From Acutalibacteraceae bacterium (GTDB lineage Bacteria > Bacillota > Clostridia > Oscillospirales > Acutalibacteraceae), in the NCBI GenBank assembly GCA_045639705.1, contig JAZUDP010000159.1, positions 335 through 64,334 on the forward strand: a DNA stretch of 64,000 bases. The letters are read 5' to 3'. The translations under genes were made by a program, and so were the position numbers. Numbering within the stretch: the first letter of the stretch is position 1; each line of letters opens with the position of its first letter. Positions 38,500 to 48,326 of this stretch are shown here, one piece after another. The notes beneath the pieces are model-generated. The model did no database searches, was not told the DNA's origin, and saw only the letters and a program-made list of their open reading frames with translations.

Positions 38500-39508
38500 T
38501 TGCAAAATCCTCGCTGAGAAGCTTTATAAGCTTTGCGCTTTCGTAAATATCCTCTTCCTTAAGAACACATGAGGCTGAATGCAGATAGCGGCACGGAAGC
38601 GAAACAGTCAGCGTTTTTATGCCGCCTGCGGTTTTATGAATAACGCCTGCGTTATTTCCGCCGGCAACAGCGGATTTAACCTGTGCCTTAATTCCGCTTT
38701 CCTCTGCAAGCTCAAAAGCTCTGTCAAAAAGCTCCTTCGGATAAATCGTGCGTCTGTCCATAAACGAAATAACTCCGCCTTCACCGAGACGGCAGACCTT
38801 CTTATTATCCGGAACATCCGCAAGGTCGGCGGCAGTCGTTGTTTCAACCACGATTGAATAATCGGGTTTAACTCTGTAAGCGGCAGTGCCCGCTGCGCCG
38901 AAGCCCGTTTCTTCGCCTGCCGCAAAATTGAAATACATATCATATTGCAGCTCAGATTTTATCATATCAATCAGAATTGCACAGCCCGCACGGTCGTCGA
39001 GTGCCTTGCCCTTGATAAATCCGTCTCCGAAACGGACAAATTCCGAATTGAAGCAGGCATATTCTCCAAGGCTGACAAGCTTTTCGGCGTCTTCCTTATT
39101 TTCCGCGCCGATGTCGATATACATGTGTTCCGGCAGCGCCATCCGTTCGTCTGCCGAGAGAAAATGAATCGGTTTTACCCCGATAACGCCGTTGATTCTG
39201 TTTTTGCCGACCGTAACCGCTCTTCCGAGCATCACACGCCTGTCAATTCCGCCGATGCATTCAAATTCAAGCGTTCCGTCGGCGTTGACTGCGGTAATCA
39301 TAAACCCGACCTCGTCCATGTGAGCGTCAAGCATTACTCTGTTTTTCGGCGTTTTCTTTCCTTTTCTGAACACAATCAGATTTCCGAGCGGGTCGGTTTC
39401 GATTGAGTCGGCATAATCCTTTATCTCTTTTATTATATAATCTCTTACTTCATTTTCACGCCCTGAAATACCGTTGAGAAGAGAAAGCTTTTCAATAAGT
39501 TCAAGCAT
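38492..39508 (-). CDS. M42-family aminopeptidase (PepA/FrvX-like)
   Basis: LIEKLSLLNGISGRENEVRDYI...DAHMDEVGFMIT...KALDDRAGCA...EETG. The start is ATG 39508, behind a GGAGG. Confidence 0.88.
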   Translation of the reverse strand: MLELIEKLSLLNGISGRENEVRDYIIKEIKDYADSIETDPLGNLIVFRKGKKTPKNRVMLDAHMDEVGFMITAVNADGTLEFECIGGIDRRVMLGRAVTVGKNRINGVIGVKPIHFLSADERMALPEHMYIDIGAENKEDAEKLVSLGEYACFNSEFVRFGDGFIKGKALDDRAGCAILIDMIKSELQYDMYFNFAAGEETGFGAAGTAAYRVKPDYSIVVETTTAADLADVPDNKKVCRLGEGGVISFMDRRTIYPKELFDRAFELAEESGIKAQVKSAVAGGNNAGVIHKTAGGIKTLTVSLPCRYLHSASCVLKEEDIYESAKLIKLLSEDFANA

Positions 39509-40523
39509 CAAGACCGCCTCCAAGAACATATTCGGCAATAAGCTTTGCAGTGTTTTCCACATCGGAAATGTCGATTATTTCAACACCTGTATGCATATTT
39601 CTCTGCGGAATTGAAACAAGACCCGTCTTTATTCCGCCCCTTGAAATTGCAATATGGTCGGCGTTTGTTCCCGTTGAATCGCCCATAAGCTCAAGCTGAT
39701 AAGGGATATTCTTTTCCCGGGAAATATTCTGAAGCTTCTGACTGATATCATACAAAAGAACGGGAGCGATTCCTATCATCGGACCGTTTCCGAGCTTTCC
39801 GCACTTTTTTGACGGCATGTCGGGCGCGTCGGCAAAGCTGACATCAACCGCAATGCATTCATCCGCGTCAATATTAAAGCTTCCCGTAACAGCTCCGTCG
39901 CCGCCTGTTTCCTCCTGCGCGGAAAAAAGAAGCTTGACGCAGGGATGCTTTTCGGAAGAGGCAATTATTTCCGCCGCACGGATAACCGCGGCACAGCCTG
40001 CACGGTCGTCGAGTGCCGCGCCGAAAATTCTGTTGTTTAAAAGCTCGCCCGACGGACAGCGGACAGTTATTCTGTCACCCTGTGATATAACCTTTTCCGC
40101 CTGTTCTTTTGTCATTCCGGTATCAACAAGAATATTATCAAAATCGACAGCCTTCTTACCGTCGCCGTCCTTTAAAAGGTGCGGAGGCGTTGAAGTAATG
40201 ACCCCGTAAACAGCTTCCCTGCCCCAGACAGTAACATCCTGAGCGGCAAGCACACGGGCGTCCATTCCGCCGCACTTTGCAACACGGAGAAATCCGCCCT
40301 CCTCAATCGCGGTCACAATAAGACCTATTCTGTCCGCGTGAGCGTCAAGCAGAAACGTTTTGCCCTCGCCGTCAAGCGAAGCGATAAGATTGCCGGAGCA
40401 GTCCCTCCGGCATACAAAGTCCTCGGGAATAAACCCTGTAATTATATCAAGTATTTCATTCTCCCTGCCCGGAGTACCGTTTGCTTCGGCAAGAGAAAGC
40501 GTCATTTTTTTCAGTTCAGTCAT
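39501..40523 (-). CDS. M42-family aminopeptidase, tandem paralog
   Basis: LAEANGTPGRENE...DAHADRIGLIVT...ALDDRAGCA...QEETG. I chose ATG 40523 (GAAGG Shine-Dalgarno); ATG 40556 lacks one. Confidence 0.85.
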   Translation of the reverse strand: MTELKKMTLSLAEANGTPGRENEILDIITGFIPEDFVCRRDCSGNLIASLDGEGKTFLLDAHADRIGLIVTAIEEGGFLRVAKCGGMDARVLAAQDVTVWGREAVYGVITSTPPHLLKDGDGKKAVDFDNILVDTGMTKEQAEKVISQGDRITVRCPSGELLNNRIFGAALDDRAGCAAVIRAAEIIASSEKHPCVKLLFSAQEETGGDGAVTGSFNIDADECIAVDVSFADAPDMPSKKCGKLGNGPMIGIAPVLLYDISQKLQNISREKNIPYQLELMGDSTGTNADHIAISRGGIKTGLVSIPQRNMHTGVEIIDISDVENTAKLIAEYVLGGGLDA

Positions 40524-40641
40524 CAGATAACCTTCTTTCAAAACTTTATTATACATTTATTTATTTAATTGTGCAAGGTTGATTTTCTGATTTAATTGTT
40601 ATATAATACAAAATATCGAATTAATTCGGGAGGAAAATAAA

Positions 40642-41739
40642 ATGGACGACAAAAGCGAAAACAAATATCAGATTATTGACTCCGACTCCAGCAAATATAT
40701 GCTGACCGCAGAGGATCTGAAAAAAGAAAAGAAATCAGAGAAAAAGAAAAAGCACAGGGCTCTTAAAACGCTCATCGCCCTTCTTCTGATTTTTGCACTG
40801 CTTGCAGGCGGAGCATATCTTTTTGTTGATCTGAAATATCTCAGCAAAATCAATTTCGGAGATATGCAGGGTGAGGTTGACCCGAACCTTGACAGGGACG
40901 AAACGCTCCAGTTTGACGGTCAGGCCGACGCCGATGCAAATATCGCCGCAAACCTTGCAAATGATGTTATGTGGTATGACGACAGAATTTTCAACGTACT
41001 GCTTGTCGGCTACGACCTCGGTGACCTTGCCACATCATACTTCCCGCGATGCGACTCGAACATCATCATCTCGGTGAACACAATCAACAACAGCATCAAC
41101 ATGGTTTCACTTTCCCGTGCAACCTACGCATATATCCCCGGTCACGGCAACAGACGTATCAATACGGCCCACGCATACGGCGGCGCAGCGCTTCTTCTTG
41201 ATGCGGTTCACCAGAACTACAAGGTAAGAATCGACAGATATATAACAGTTGATTTCACGGGCTTCAAGAGTATCATGGACATTCTCGGCGGCGTTGATAT
41301 TACAATGGACAGCACGGAGGCTAAGGTTGTTCTCGGCAAATCAGCAGGCACATATCATCTCAACGGCACACAGGCTCTTGCATACTCACGACTCCGCTGG
41401 ACCGACAACGACCGTACAAGAACCGGAAGGCAGAGAAAGGTTCTCAACGCAATTGCTTCCAATCTGAGAACAGCTTCCATCCAGACACTCGCAGAGCTTC
41501 TTGATAAAATGCTTCCTCTTGTAACAACGAATTTCACAAAGCTTGAAATCCTTTCACAGCTTGCAAAAGCCCCGTCATATCTTACAATGCCCGTTCACGA
41601 GGATATAATTCCTTACAGACCCACAGCGCTTTCAATCCGCGACGGTCAGGAGGTTCTTATCCTTAACTGGGAGGAAGAGACCGATTATCTTCACAAGCTT
41701 CTCTATCCGAATATGATTCCTCAGTCACATCAGAAATAA
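40642..41739 (+). CDS. LCP-family (LytR-CpsA-Psr) cell-envelope phosphotransferase
   Basis: N-terminal TM helix, then FNVLLVGYD...RCDSNIIISVN...SLSRATYAYIPGHG..RINTAHAYGG...ITVDFTGFKSIMDILGGVDI. Confidence 0.9.
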   Translation: MDDKSENKYQIIDSDSSKYMLTAEDLKKEKKSEKKKKHRALKTLIALLLIFALLAGGAYLFVDLKYLSKINFGDMQGEVDPNLDRDETLQFDGQADADANIAANLANDVMWYDDRIFNVLLVGYDLGDLATSYFPRCDSNIIISVNTINNSINMVSLSRATYAYIPGHGNRRINTAHAYGGAALLLDAVHQNYKVRIDRYITVDFTGFKSIMDILGGVDITMDSTEAKVVLGKSAGTYHLNGTQALAYSRLRWTDNDRTRTGRQRKVLNAIASNLRTASIQTLAELLDKMLPLVTTNFTKLEILSQLAKAPSYLTMPVHEDIIPYRPTALSIRDGQEVLILNWEEETDYLHKLLYPNMIPQSHQK

Positions 41740-41761
41740 TCTTCAAAATTGATACAGCAAA

Positions 41762-41817
41762 AAGCAGTTTTAAGTTAAATCAATGTTTTGATTATCTTAA
41801 AACTGCTTATTTTTTAT
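41762..41817. terminator. Bidirectional intrinsic terminator
   Basis: AAGCAGTTTTAAG-N21-CTTAAAACTGCTT with T-runs on both strands. Confidence 0.6.
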
Positions 41818-41841
41818 TATAATGTGAAGACGCTATTCCTG

Positions 41842-42906
41842 CTAAATTACCATTTCATATTCGCCCATATTTCCGTCCTTGAAATAGCTGTAAAGGTCAT
41901 ACGGAGTATAAATTCCCGTATCCGTTACAACTCCGCTGACAAGCTCGGGCGGCGTTATGTCGAAAGCGGGATAATATCCCTTAAGTCCGTCGGCGGCGGT
42001 TTTCACGCCCATTGCCTGAAGCACAAAATCGGGGTCGCGCATTTCAATCTTAACGGTGTCGATTGTAGGATGACCGTGGTCGGGCGCACCCGTTACAAAA
42101 TAAGGTATTCCCGTATACTTTGCCGCTATCGCTATCTGATATGTGCCGACCTTATTTACAACGTGACCGTCCATGCATATTGCATCCGCAGCCGATGTGA
42201 ACACATCAACATTTTCCTTTTTCATGACATAGGCAGGCATATTATCGGTAATAACCGTTGTATCAAAGCCCATTTCGTTGCAGACAGTTGCCGTAAGCCT
42301 TGCGCCCTGGAAATAAGGGCGTGTCTCGGGGCAGAAGATTCTGATATTCTTTTCCCTCTGCCTTGCAACCTTGAGCATCATTCCGACAATCGTTTCACCG
42401 AAGCACTGTGTCATTACAGTACCGTTCTGAGGGAACATGTCCACAAGATGCTCTGCCATGAGATTAACCTTACCGTAACGGAGATTGTTTGCTTTAACCG
42501 TATACTCAACTATCGCGTCACTGACATTTTCGCCTTTTTCAAGCGCGATTTTTGCCGCCTGCATACAGCCGCCCGTTATCAGTGACATACGCGCAACGGT
42601 TGTCGGCCGTGCGTGAGAAATCGTATAAGAAGCCTTTTCAAGGTATTCAAGCTGTTTCTCCTGCGGCATTGTACGGCACTCATAAGCGGCAAGTGCCATT
42701 CCCATTGCCGCCGCGGTATACGGACCGGCGCTCTGGGTAACCATATCGCGGATTGCCTGCGTAACCTCCTCATGGGTATTGCAGACAACAAATTCCACCT
42801 TGCGTGGATAAATACGGCGGTCAAGTATTCTGACCTTTCCGTCCTCATACCATGCTATATTTTCGTAGCGGAGCATAAAAGCAAGTCCGCTGTCAGCTCT
42901 TTCCAT
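41842..42906 (-). CDS. mtnA: S-methyl-5-thioribose-1-phosphate isomerase (eIF-2B alpha/beta/delta family)
   Basis: ...W.DG.VRILDRR.YP....FV.C....EV..AI.DM...GA... and GADAI...G.V.NK.GTYQIAIAAK...PY.V. are family motifs. Confidence 0.85.
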   Translation of the reverse strand: MERADSGLAFMLRYENIAWYEDGKVRILDRRIYPRKVEFVVCNTHEEVTQAIRDMVTQSAGPYTAAAMGMALAAYECRTMPQEKQLEYLEKASYTISHARPTTVARMSLITGGCMQAAKIALEKGENVSDAIVEYTVKANNLRYGKVNLMAEHLVDMFPQNGTVMTQCFGETIVGMMLKVARQREKNIRIFCPETRPYFQGARLTATVCNEMGFDTTVITDNMPAYVMKKENVDVFTSAADAICMDGHVVNKVGTYQIAIAAKYTGIPYFVTGAPDHGHPTIDTVKIEMRDPDFVLQAMGVKTAADGLKGYYPAFDITPPELVSGVVTDTGIYTPYDLYSYFKDGNMGEYEMVI

Positions 42907-42918
42907 TTCCGTCTCTCC

Positions 42919-43542
42919 TTATTCAGTCCAGAAAATATTTTCTCTGATAACCTTTGCGGGAACGCCGGCAACAACGCATCTTGCCGGAACATCCTTTGTA
43001 ACAACCGAGCCCGCCGCAACAACCGCGCCGTCGCCGATTGTAACTCCGCAGAGAATTATCGAATCATTGCATATCCATACATGCTCGCCGATAATTACGG
43101 GTGCGGATATTTTATATCCGTCATAATTGATTCTGTGATTATTTGAATCCGAAATTTTAACACGTTCACCGATAAGACAGTGCTTTCCGATTTCAATACG
43201 GTTTCTGCATTCAATCACAGAGCCGTAATTCATATATGCGTCCTCCGCCCTGAATACGGCATTGTCTGCAACCGTGAGCTGAGTGCCCGCATAGGAAGTA
43301 AAGTTCCCGATTTCGACCTGCGCGTTGTCGCCGATATGCAGAGAGCCGACGAGTCTGTTTTTTAGCTTGCGCCCCGGAGTCCATTCATTATTGACGGACA
43401 GAAAGCCCGAAATATTGATTTTCGCAGAGTCGGAAACATCAACAATTGCCGGCCTGTAGGCAACAATTTTCTTTTTCAGCAGCTTCGGATTCGGCTTTAC
43501 CTTTAAAACTGTGCTGAGATATCTTTGCAGTTTTTCGTTCAT
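42919..43542 (-). CDS. Hexapeptide-repeat O-acyltransferase (maltose/galactoside acetyltransferase-like)
   Basis: Left-handed beta-helix repeats ending in [46 protein letters not shown] chose ATG 43542 (AAGGA Shine-Dalgarno); the track starts at TTG 43551. Confidence 0.85.
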   Translation of the reverse strand: MNEKLQRYLSTVLKVKPNPKLLKKKIVAYRPAIVDVSDSAKINISGFLSVNNEWTPGRKLKNRLVGSLHIGDNAQVEIGNFTSYAGTQLTVADNAVFRAEDAYMNYGSVIECRNRIEIGKHCLIGERVKISDSNNHRINYDGYKISAPVIIGEHVWICNDSIILCGVTIGDGAVVAAGSVVTKDVPARCVVAGVPAKVIRENIFWTE

Positions 43543-43554
43543 AATTTTCAATCC

Positions 43555-44850
43555 TTAATAAAGAATTTCAACAGCTTTCCTGGCATCGGAATATACTTTT
43601 TCGGTATCGATAGTTTTAAACTCGCCGTTTTCGTAAAGAATTTTACCGTCAACCATTGTCATGCAGACATCCGATGACTGAGCGGCGTAAGTGATAAGAG
43701 CCTTTTCATCAAGCGCGGGATAAAGATGCGGTGCGTCAAGATTGATTGCGATAATATCCGCCTTGTTTCCGACCTTGATTTCGCCGCAGCCGTGTCTGCC
43801 CTGAAGCTTTGCGCCGTTAAGCGTTGCCATTTTAATAACGCTGTCGGCATTCATAACGGTTGCATCCTGAAGATAACCGTTGTGAATAACGGAAGCAAGA
43901 TGCATTTCCTCAAACATGTCAAGATTGTTGTTGCTTGCCGCGCCGTCGGTACCGAGAGCAACATTTATACCCATATCGAGCATCTTCGGAATGCGTGCGA
44001 AGCCGCTGCCGAGCTTCATATTGCTTGTGGGATTGTGAACAACGCTTACGTTCTTCTCTTTTAATATTTCAAGGTCGCCGTCTTCAACATGCACGCAGTG
44101 AGCAAGAAACGCAGGTGATTCAAAAGCACCCATACCGTTGAACCACTGAGTCGGAGTTTTGCCGTATTTTTCAATGCATTCCCTGTGTTCCTTTGCTGTT
44201 TCGGAAACGTGAATATGAAGCTGTCCGTCCCTCTCATTGCACATATCAATATATGCCTTTGCGATACGCTCGGTTACCGTATATTCGGCATGAATGCAGA
44301 AATCAACCTTAACGCGTCCGTCAAATGTGTTGTTGTATCTGTCAAAAAGCTCAATCGATTCCTTTATTCTGTATGAATCGGCAGGCATTTCATTCGGGTC
44401 AAAGCTCTGAACGGGTCGGGTTATGTTTGCGCGCATTCCCGCCTTTCCGACAGCTTCAATTGTTGTCTGCGGTTCAAAATACATATCTGAAAAGCTGACC
44501 GTACCGCCTTTAATCATTTCCATAATCGCAAGATAGCTGCCTGCGCTGATAATCTCGGCATTGAGCTTGTCCTCAATCGGAAATACCGTTCCGAAAAGCC
44601 ATTTGTCAAGCGGAAGGTCACTTCCGATTCCGCGCAGAAGCACCATCGGGCAATGATTATGGCAGTTGATAAGTCCGGGCATAACAAGCTTACCGGTCAT
44701 GTCCTTTTTATACTCATATTCAGTTTCCGGCATTTCTGTTCCGATATAATCGATTTTATCGCCGTCAATTCCTATATAAGAATTTTTACTAACATAATAC
44801 GAATTTCCGTCATAAAGAAGAACATCACAGTTTTTTAAAAGAGTTTTCAT
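43555..44850 (-). CDS. mtaD: Amidohydrolase, 5'-methylthioadenosine/S-adenosylhomocysteine deaminase-like
   Basis: MKTLLKNCDVLL...PGLINCHNHCPM...HIHVSET...HCVH...GTDGAASNN fits the MtaD-type metal-ligand pattern. The start is ATG 44850, behind a GGAGGT. Confidence 0.85.
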   Translation of the reverse strand: MKTLLKNCDVLLYDGNSYYVSKNSYIGIDGDKIDYIGTEMPETEYEYKKDMTGKLVMPGLINCHNHCPMVLLRGIGSDLPLDKWLFGTVFPIEDKLNAEIISAGSYLAIMEMIKGGTVSFSDMYFEPQTTIEAVGKAGMRANITRPVQSFDPNEMPADSYRIKESIELFDRYNNTFDGRVKVDFCIHAEYTVTERIAKAYIDMCNERDGQLHIHVSETAKEHRECIEKYGKTPTQWFNGMGAFESPAFLAHCVHVEDGDLEILKEKNVSVVHNPTSNMKLGSGFARIPKMLDMGINVALGTDGAASNNNLDMFEEMHLASVIHNGYLQDATVMNADSVIKMATLNGAKLQGRHGCGEIKVGNKADIIAINLDAPHLYPALDEKALITYAAQSSDVCMTMVDGKILYENGEFKTIDTEKVYSDARKAVEILY

Positions 44851-44879
44851 ATAATTACCTCCGAAATATTCTGCACTGT

Positions 44880-44908
44880 ATTTTACCACTATTTTGAATG
44901 ATAATCAA
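44880..44908 (-). promoter_or_regulatory. Putative sigma-A promoter of the mtaD operon
   Basis: On the minus strand: TTGATT, 17 nt, TAAAAT. Confidence 0.45.
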
Positions 44909-44934
44909 GAAAAATCCCCGAAGAATCGGGGATT
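44906..44934 (-). terminator. Intrinsic terminator after the 284-aa lipoprotein gene
   Basis: On the minus strand: AATCCCCGA-TTCT-TCGGGGATT followed by TTTTC. Confidence 0.6.
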
Positions 44935-44947
44935 CTGCTGTTTCGTT

Positions 44948-45802
44948 TTATTTTACGGGTCTGTAATGGTAAATATTAACTCCCAGAAGCTTGTCATAGT
45001 CAATCACATGAATAAGCGAGCCGTCACTGAACGGATATACGAAAATATCCTCCGCCTCGTTATCATAATTGCAAAGGCTGCGGGTCATCTCAAGCGAAAC
45101 CTTTCCCGTATTAAGGTCTGCGGCGTAAATCTCCTCGTCAACGCTGTGAGAAACATCGGTTGAAAGATAAATCTTACCGTTATAAACCGAACCGCCCTGA
45201 ATACGGTTAACTTCCCTGTCAAGCGGGATTGCTTTAATAAAGGACATGTCGGAGAGACGGTACTGAAGAATCTCCGTAACGCCCGAATATTTTGAGGTGT
45301 AAAGGTATCCGTTCTCGCCGTCAACAGCGCACCACGGAATACCGTCAGTCAGCATCGGACATGTCAGGTTGTAGTATTTACCCGTATACTCAAGCGTATC
45401 GCAGTCATAAAGAACGATGAAATTATGCTGATAATCGTCATCCTCAACGGGCGCATAGATTATGCCGTCAAAGCAGTCTATACCGCCGATATGATTGCTT
45501 CCGTAGGTTTTTGTAAGCTGCTTCGGAACGGCAATAACGTTTTTATCAACCAGATTCATGTTCATATCCCATTTTGCAATAACGGTTAAATTAACCGCCG
45601 TAATAGCGCTTGAGGAATAAAGATATTCACCGTCGGTACACATTCCCTGTCCGCAGCAGAGAGCCTCAAGCATAATAACCTTATCATGCTTAACGATTTC
45701 ATAATTATCGGAGCAGCCAACCGTTCCGAGTCCGAGCAGATATGTGATTACAAGCGCCGCGCTTGTGAAAAACGAACCGATTTTTGCAAAAAATTCTGAC
45801 AT
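44948..45802 (-). CDS. Hypothetical lipoprotein (beta-rich, possibly propeller-like)
   Basis: Signal peptide with lipobox LGTVGC and a GGAGG Shine-Dalgarno. I recognise no family. Confidence 0.6.
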   Translation of the reverse strand: MSEFFAKIGSFFTSAALVITYLLGLGTVGCSDNYEIVKHDKVIMLEALCCGQGMCTDGEYLYSSSAITAVNLTVIAKWDMNMNLVDKNVIAVPKQLTKTYGSNHIGGIDCFDGIIYAPVEDDDYQHNFIVLYDCDTLEYTGKYYNLTCPMLTDGIPWCAVDGENGYLYTSKYSGVTEILQYRLSDMSFIKAIPLDREVNRIQGGSVYNGKIYLSTDVSHSVDEEIYAADLNTGKVSLEMTRSLCNYDNEAEDIFVYPFSDGSLIHVIDYDKLLGVNIYHYRPVK

Positions 45803-45814
45803 ATAAATTCCTCC

Positions 45815-46915
45815 TTAATCAAGGATGCCGTGAACATTGTTCTGCTTCATTGGCTTTTCACGAACAAATTCCGACTTTATTTCCACAGCGCCGCCCTTAT
45901 CGCTGCTCTTTCTGAAGGCTTCCATAACCTCAAGCACATGAAGCGTCTGCTTATACGATGTACGCGGTCTTCTGCCTGTTTCAATCGCTTTTGCTATATC
46001 CGCAAAGCCGAGTCCGCGGCTGTTTTCGGTATAATCGAAGCAGACGGGAATTTCCTTTGTTTCATTCGTTTCTCCGTCATAGAATGTAATCGGATTTCCG
46101 AAGCAGTTAGGGTCGGGAACAAAAAGCGTTCCCTTTGAGCCGTAGATTTCAATGTTTCTGCTGTTGGATTTGTAAACATCAAATGTTGTGGTCAGCGTTG
46201 CAATCGCTCCGCTTTCAAAGTGCAGAACGCCCGTAAGGAATGTCGGAACCTCTACATCAATAATTTCACCGTAATGTTCTTTGCAGGTTGCCGTTCTCTG
46301 TTTAAAGGATGTCTGAGCAACGCCGGTAACCTTCCTGACGCCTCCCATAAGATTAATCAGAGCCGTTACATAATAAGGACCCATATCCATCATCGGACCG
46401 CCGCCGTACTTATAGAAAAATTCGGGGTCGTGATGCCAGCTCTCGGGGCCGTGGCCTATCATTGCGCCCGAAGCGCCGATGACCTCGCCGAGATTGCCGT
46501 CGTCAATAAATTTACGGCAGGTCTGAATTGAAGCACCCATAAACGTATCCGGCGCTCCGCCGAGCATAAGTCCTTTTTCCTCTGCAAGCCTTACAAGCTC
46601 AAGTCCTTCCTCAAGAGAAGCGCCGAGCGGTTTTTCGCTGTAGACATGCTTTCCCGCAAGAAGCGCCCCCTTCGAAACGGCGAAATGCTCATACGGACGC
46701 GTAAGATTGAGTACAAGAGTGATGCTCTCATCTGCAAAAAGCTCCTCCATTGTATCGTAAACCTTAGGAATATTATATTTTTCCTGCGCATTCAGCGCGC
46801 GTTCTTTAATAAGGTCGCAGACAGCGACAATATTTAATTCCTTAAAGGTTTCCGTTATATTCTTAAGATAAATTCCGCTGATGTCGCCTATACCGACAAT
46901 ACCGATATTTGTCAT
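45815..46915 (-). CDS. Gfo/Idh/MocA-family NAD(P)-dependent oxidoreductase
   Basis: The N-terminal Rossmann segment is NIGIVGIGDISGIYLKNI. EKP motif: YSEKPL. Confidence 0.9.
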   Translation of the reverse strand: MTNIGIVGIGDISGIYLKNITETFKELNIVAVCDLIKERALNAQEKYNIPKVYDTMEELFADESITLVLNLTRPYEHFAVSKGALLAGKHVYSEKPLGASLEEGLELVRLAEEKGLMLGGAPDTFMGASIQTCRKFIDDGNLGEVIGASGAMIGHGPESWHHDPEFFYKYGGGPMMDMGPYYVTALINLMGGVRKVTGVAQTSFKQRTATCKEHYGEIIDVEVPTFLTGVLHFESGAIATLTTTFDVYKSNSRNIEIYGSKGTLFVPDPNCFGNPITFYDGETNETKEIPVCFDYTENSRGLGFADIAKAIETGRRPRTSYKQTLHVLEVMEAFRKSSDKGGAVEIKSEFVREKPMKQNNVHGILD

Positions 46916-46927
46916 ACAATCGCCCTC

Positions 46928-48262
46928 TCAATCTTCAATTTTTACATTATAGCACGCAAGCATCGGCATCCCGTAAACATCACGCAGAAGGAACGGCGGA
47001 ACCTCGCGCTTCCAGTAGGCGTGGAAAAATGCATTTTTTCCGATATCGCGCTCCGCAGTAACCTTCGCGCCCTCATTGCATACGGAAATTTTTGTGCATT
47101 CCGTTATGCCGTTTTCATCTTCAATATTTATTCCGTGCGCAAGGTCATCCATTGTACGCAGAGCGTGTTTTTCATAAAATTCAAGCAGAACGGTTCTGCT
47201 GTCAATACGCGATACACGTTTAACCGACGGTGCGGAATATCCGCCGAGCTTATACCAGCCCCTGAGCATTGCATTGGCAAGACGCTCGCCGACAGTAACC
47301 GAGGAAGCGCTGCTGTTATGTATCCCGTCACATGAGGTCAGGTCGATTGTGGGAACAATATATACATCGGGAATCTGAATTGCAGCCTGACGCTGTGCCT
47401 CGCGCACCATGCCCCAGCGGCGTTCCCTGTCCTCCTCCATCCACGCGTGACGGTTTATCTGACAGGTCGCAATCGGGAAAAAGCCGAATTTATCTCTCCA
47501 GAGAGAAACAGTCTCACTGAATTTTTCAAGATAAGTCTGCGCCTCTTCCTCCTCAACGGTTTCATTGCAGCCCTGGTACCATATCATACCCTTAAATTTT
47601 CCGACCTGTTCAAGCTTCTGAACAAGAGAATCGTAAAGATAGCACTCCTCTTTTTCGGCAGGATTCCACGATTCAAGTGACGAACCGCCTTTAGCCGCCG
47701 AAACAAGTCCGATCGGCACGTTAAGCGCACGCTTCATCATACGGGCAAACGCAAGTCCGGGTCCGTTGCCCGAATTCTCATCGTTATTGGGATAAACAGG
47801 ATTCGGAACGCTGTTAAGCGGATGCGCCGCAAGCACCCAGTTTCCGCTGTTGTCAAAAAGACTGATACCAAGCTCAGACGGGTCATAGGCAGGGTCTCTT
47901 GAATAGGCGGACATATTGCTCTGTCCCGCCATAACGAAAATTTCGCCGACGCCGACATGATAAACGCATTTTATAAGCGGAGCCCAGTCGTAGAAATTGT
48001 TGCATTCGTGCTGTTCACAGGGAGCAAGACGGGCTTCGACTCTGTAAAGTCCGCCCTGCGGAATTTTCAGCTCAACAGACCAGTTTTCACCGCTGCAGCT
48101 GCATTTCTGCCACGGAACAGCCATAAAGTTGTCATCCTCGCGCATGACCCGCGCAACGACAATGTTCTTTTCGTCGTCGGGCTTATATGTACCGCTGAAG
48201 ACGGCACATCCGAACCCGTCTTCGTCACGCTGAATTATCATGTAATCGCAGATTTCTTTCAT
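46928..48262 (-). CDS. Sialate O-acetylesterase-family (SASA/DUF303, SGNH-type) esterase, no signal peptide
   Basis: The GQSNM catalytic-serine block is FVMAGQSNMSAY; later blocks are ...WYQGCNE and ...DGIHN. I chose ATG 48262 (AGGTGA Shine-Dalgarno); the track starts at GTG 48271. Confidence 0.8.
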   Translation of the reverse strand: MKEICDYMIIQRDEDGFGCAVFSGTYKPDDEKNIVVARVMREDDNFMAVPWQKCSCSGENWSVELKIPQGGLYRVEARLAPCEQHECNNFYDWAPLIKCVYHVGVGEIFVMAGQSNMSAYSRDPAYDPSELGISLFDNSGNWVLAAHPLNSVPNPVYPNNDENSGNGPGLAFARMMKRALNVPIGLVSAAKGGSSLESWNPAEKEECYLYDSLVQKLEQVGKFKGMIWYQGCNETVEEEEAQTYLEKFSETVSLWRDKFGFFPIATCQINRHAWMEEDRERRWGMVREAQRQAAIQIPDVYIVPTIDLTSCDGIHNSSASSVTVGERLANAMLRGWYKLGGYSAPSVKRVSRIDSRTVLLEFYEKHALRTMDDLAHGINIEDENGITECTKISVCNEGAKVTAERDIGKNAFFHAYWKREVPPFLLRDVYGMPMLACYNVKIED

Positions 48263-48282
48263 TTTTATCACCTGACTGTTCT

Positions 48283-48320
48283 GAAAAAGCCTCTTTTGCC
48301 GTGGTTGACAAAAGAGGCTT
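48283..48320 (-). terminator. Intrinsic terminator after tRNA-Val
   Basis: On the minus strand: AGCCTCTTTTG-N10-CAAAAGAGGCT followed by TTTTC. Confidence 0.6.
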
Positions 48321-48326
48321 CTATAA

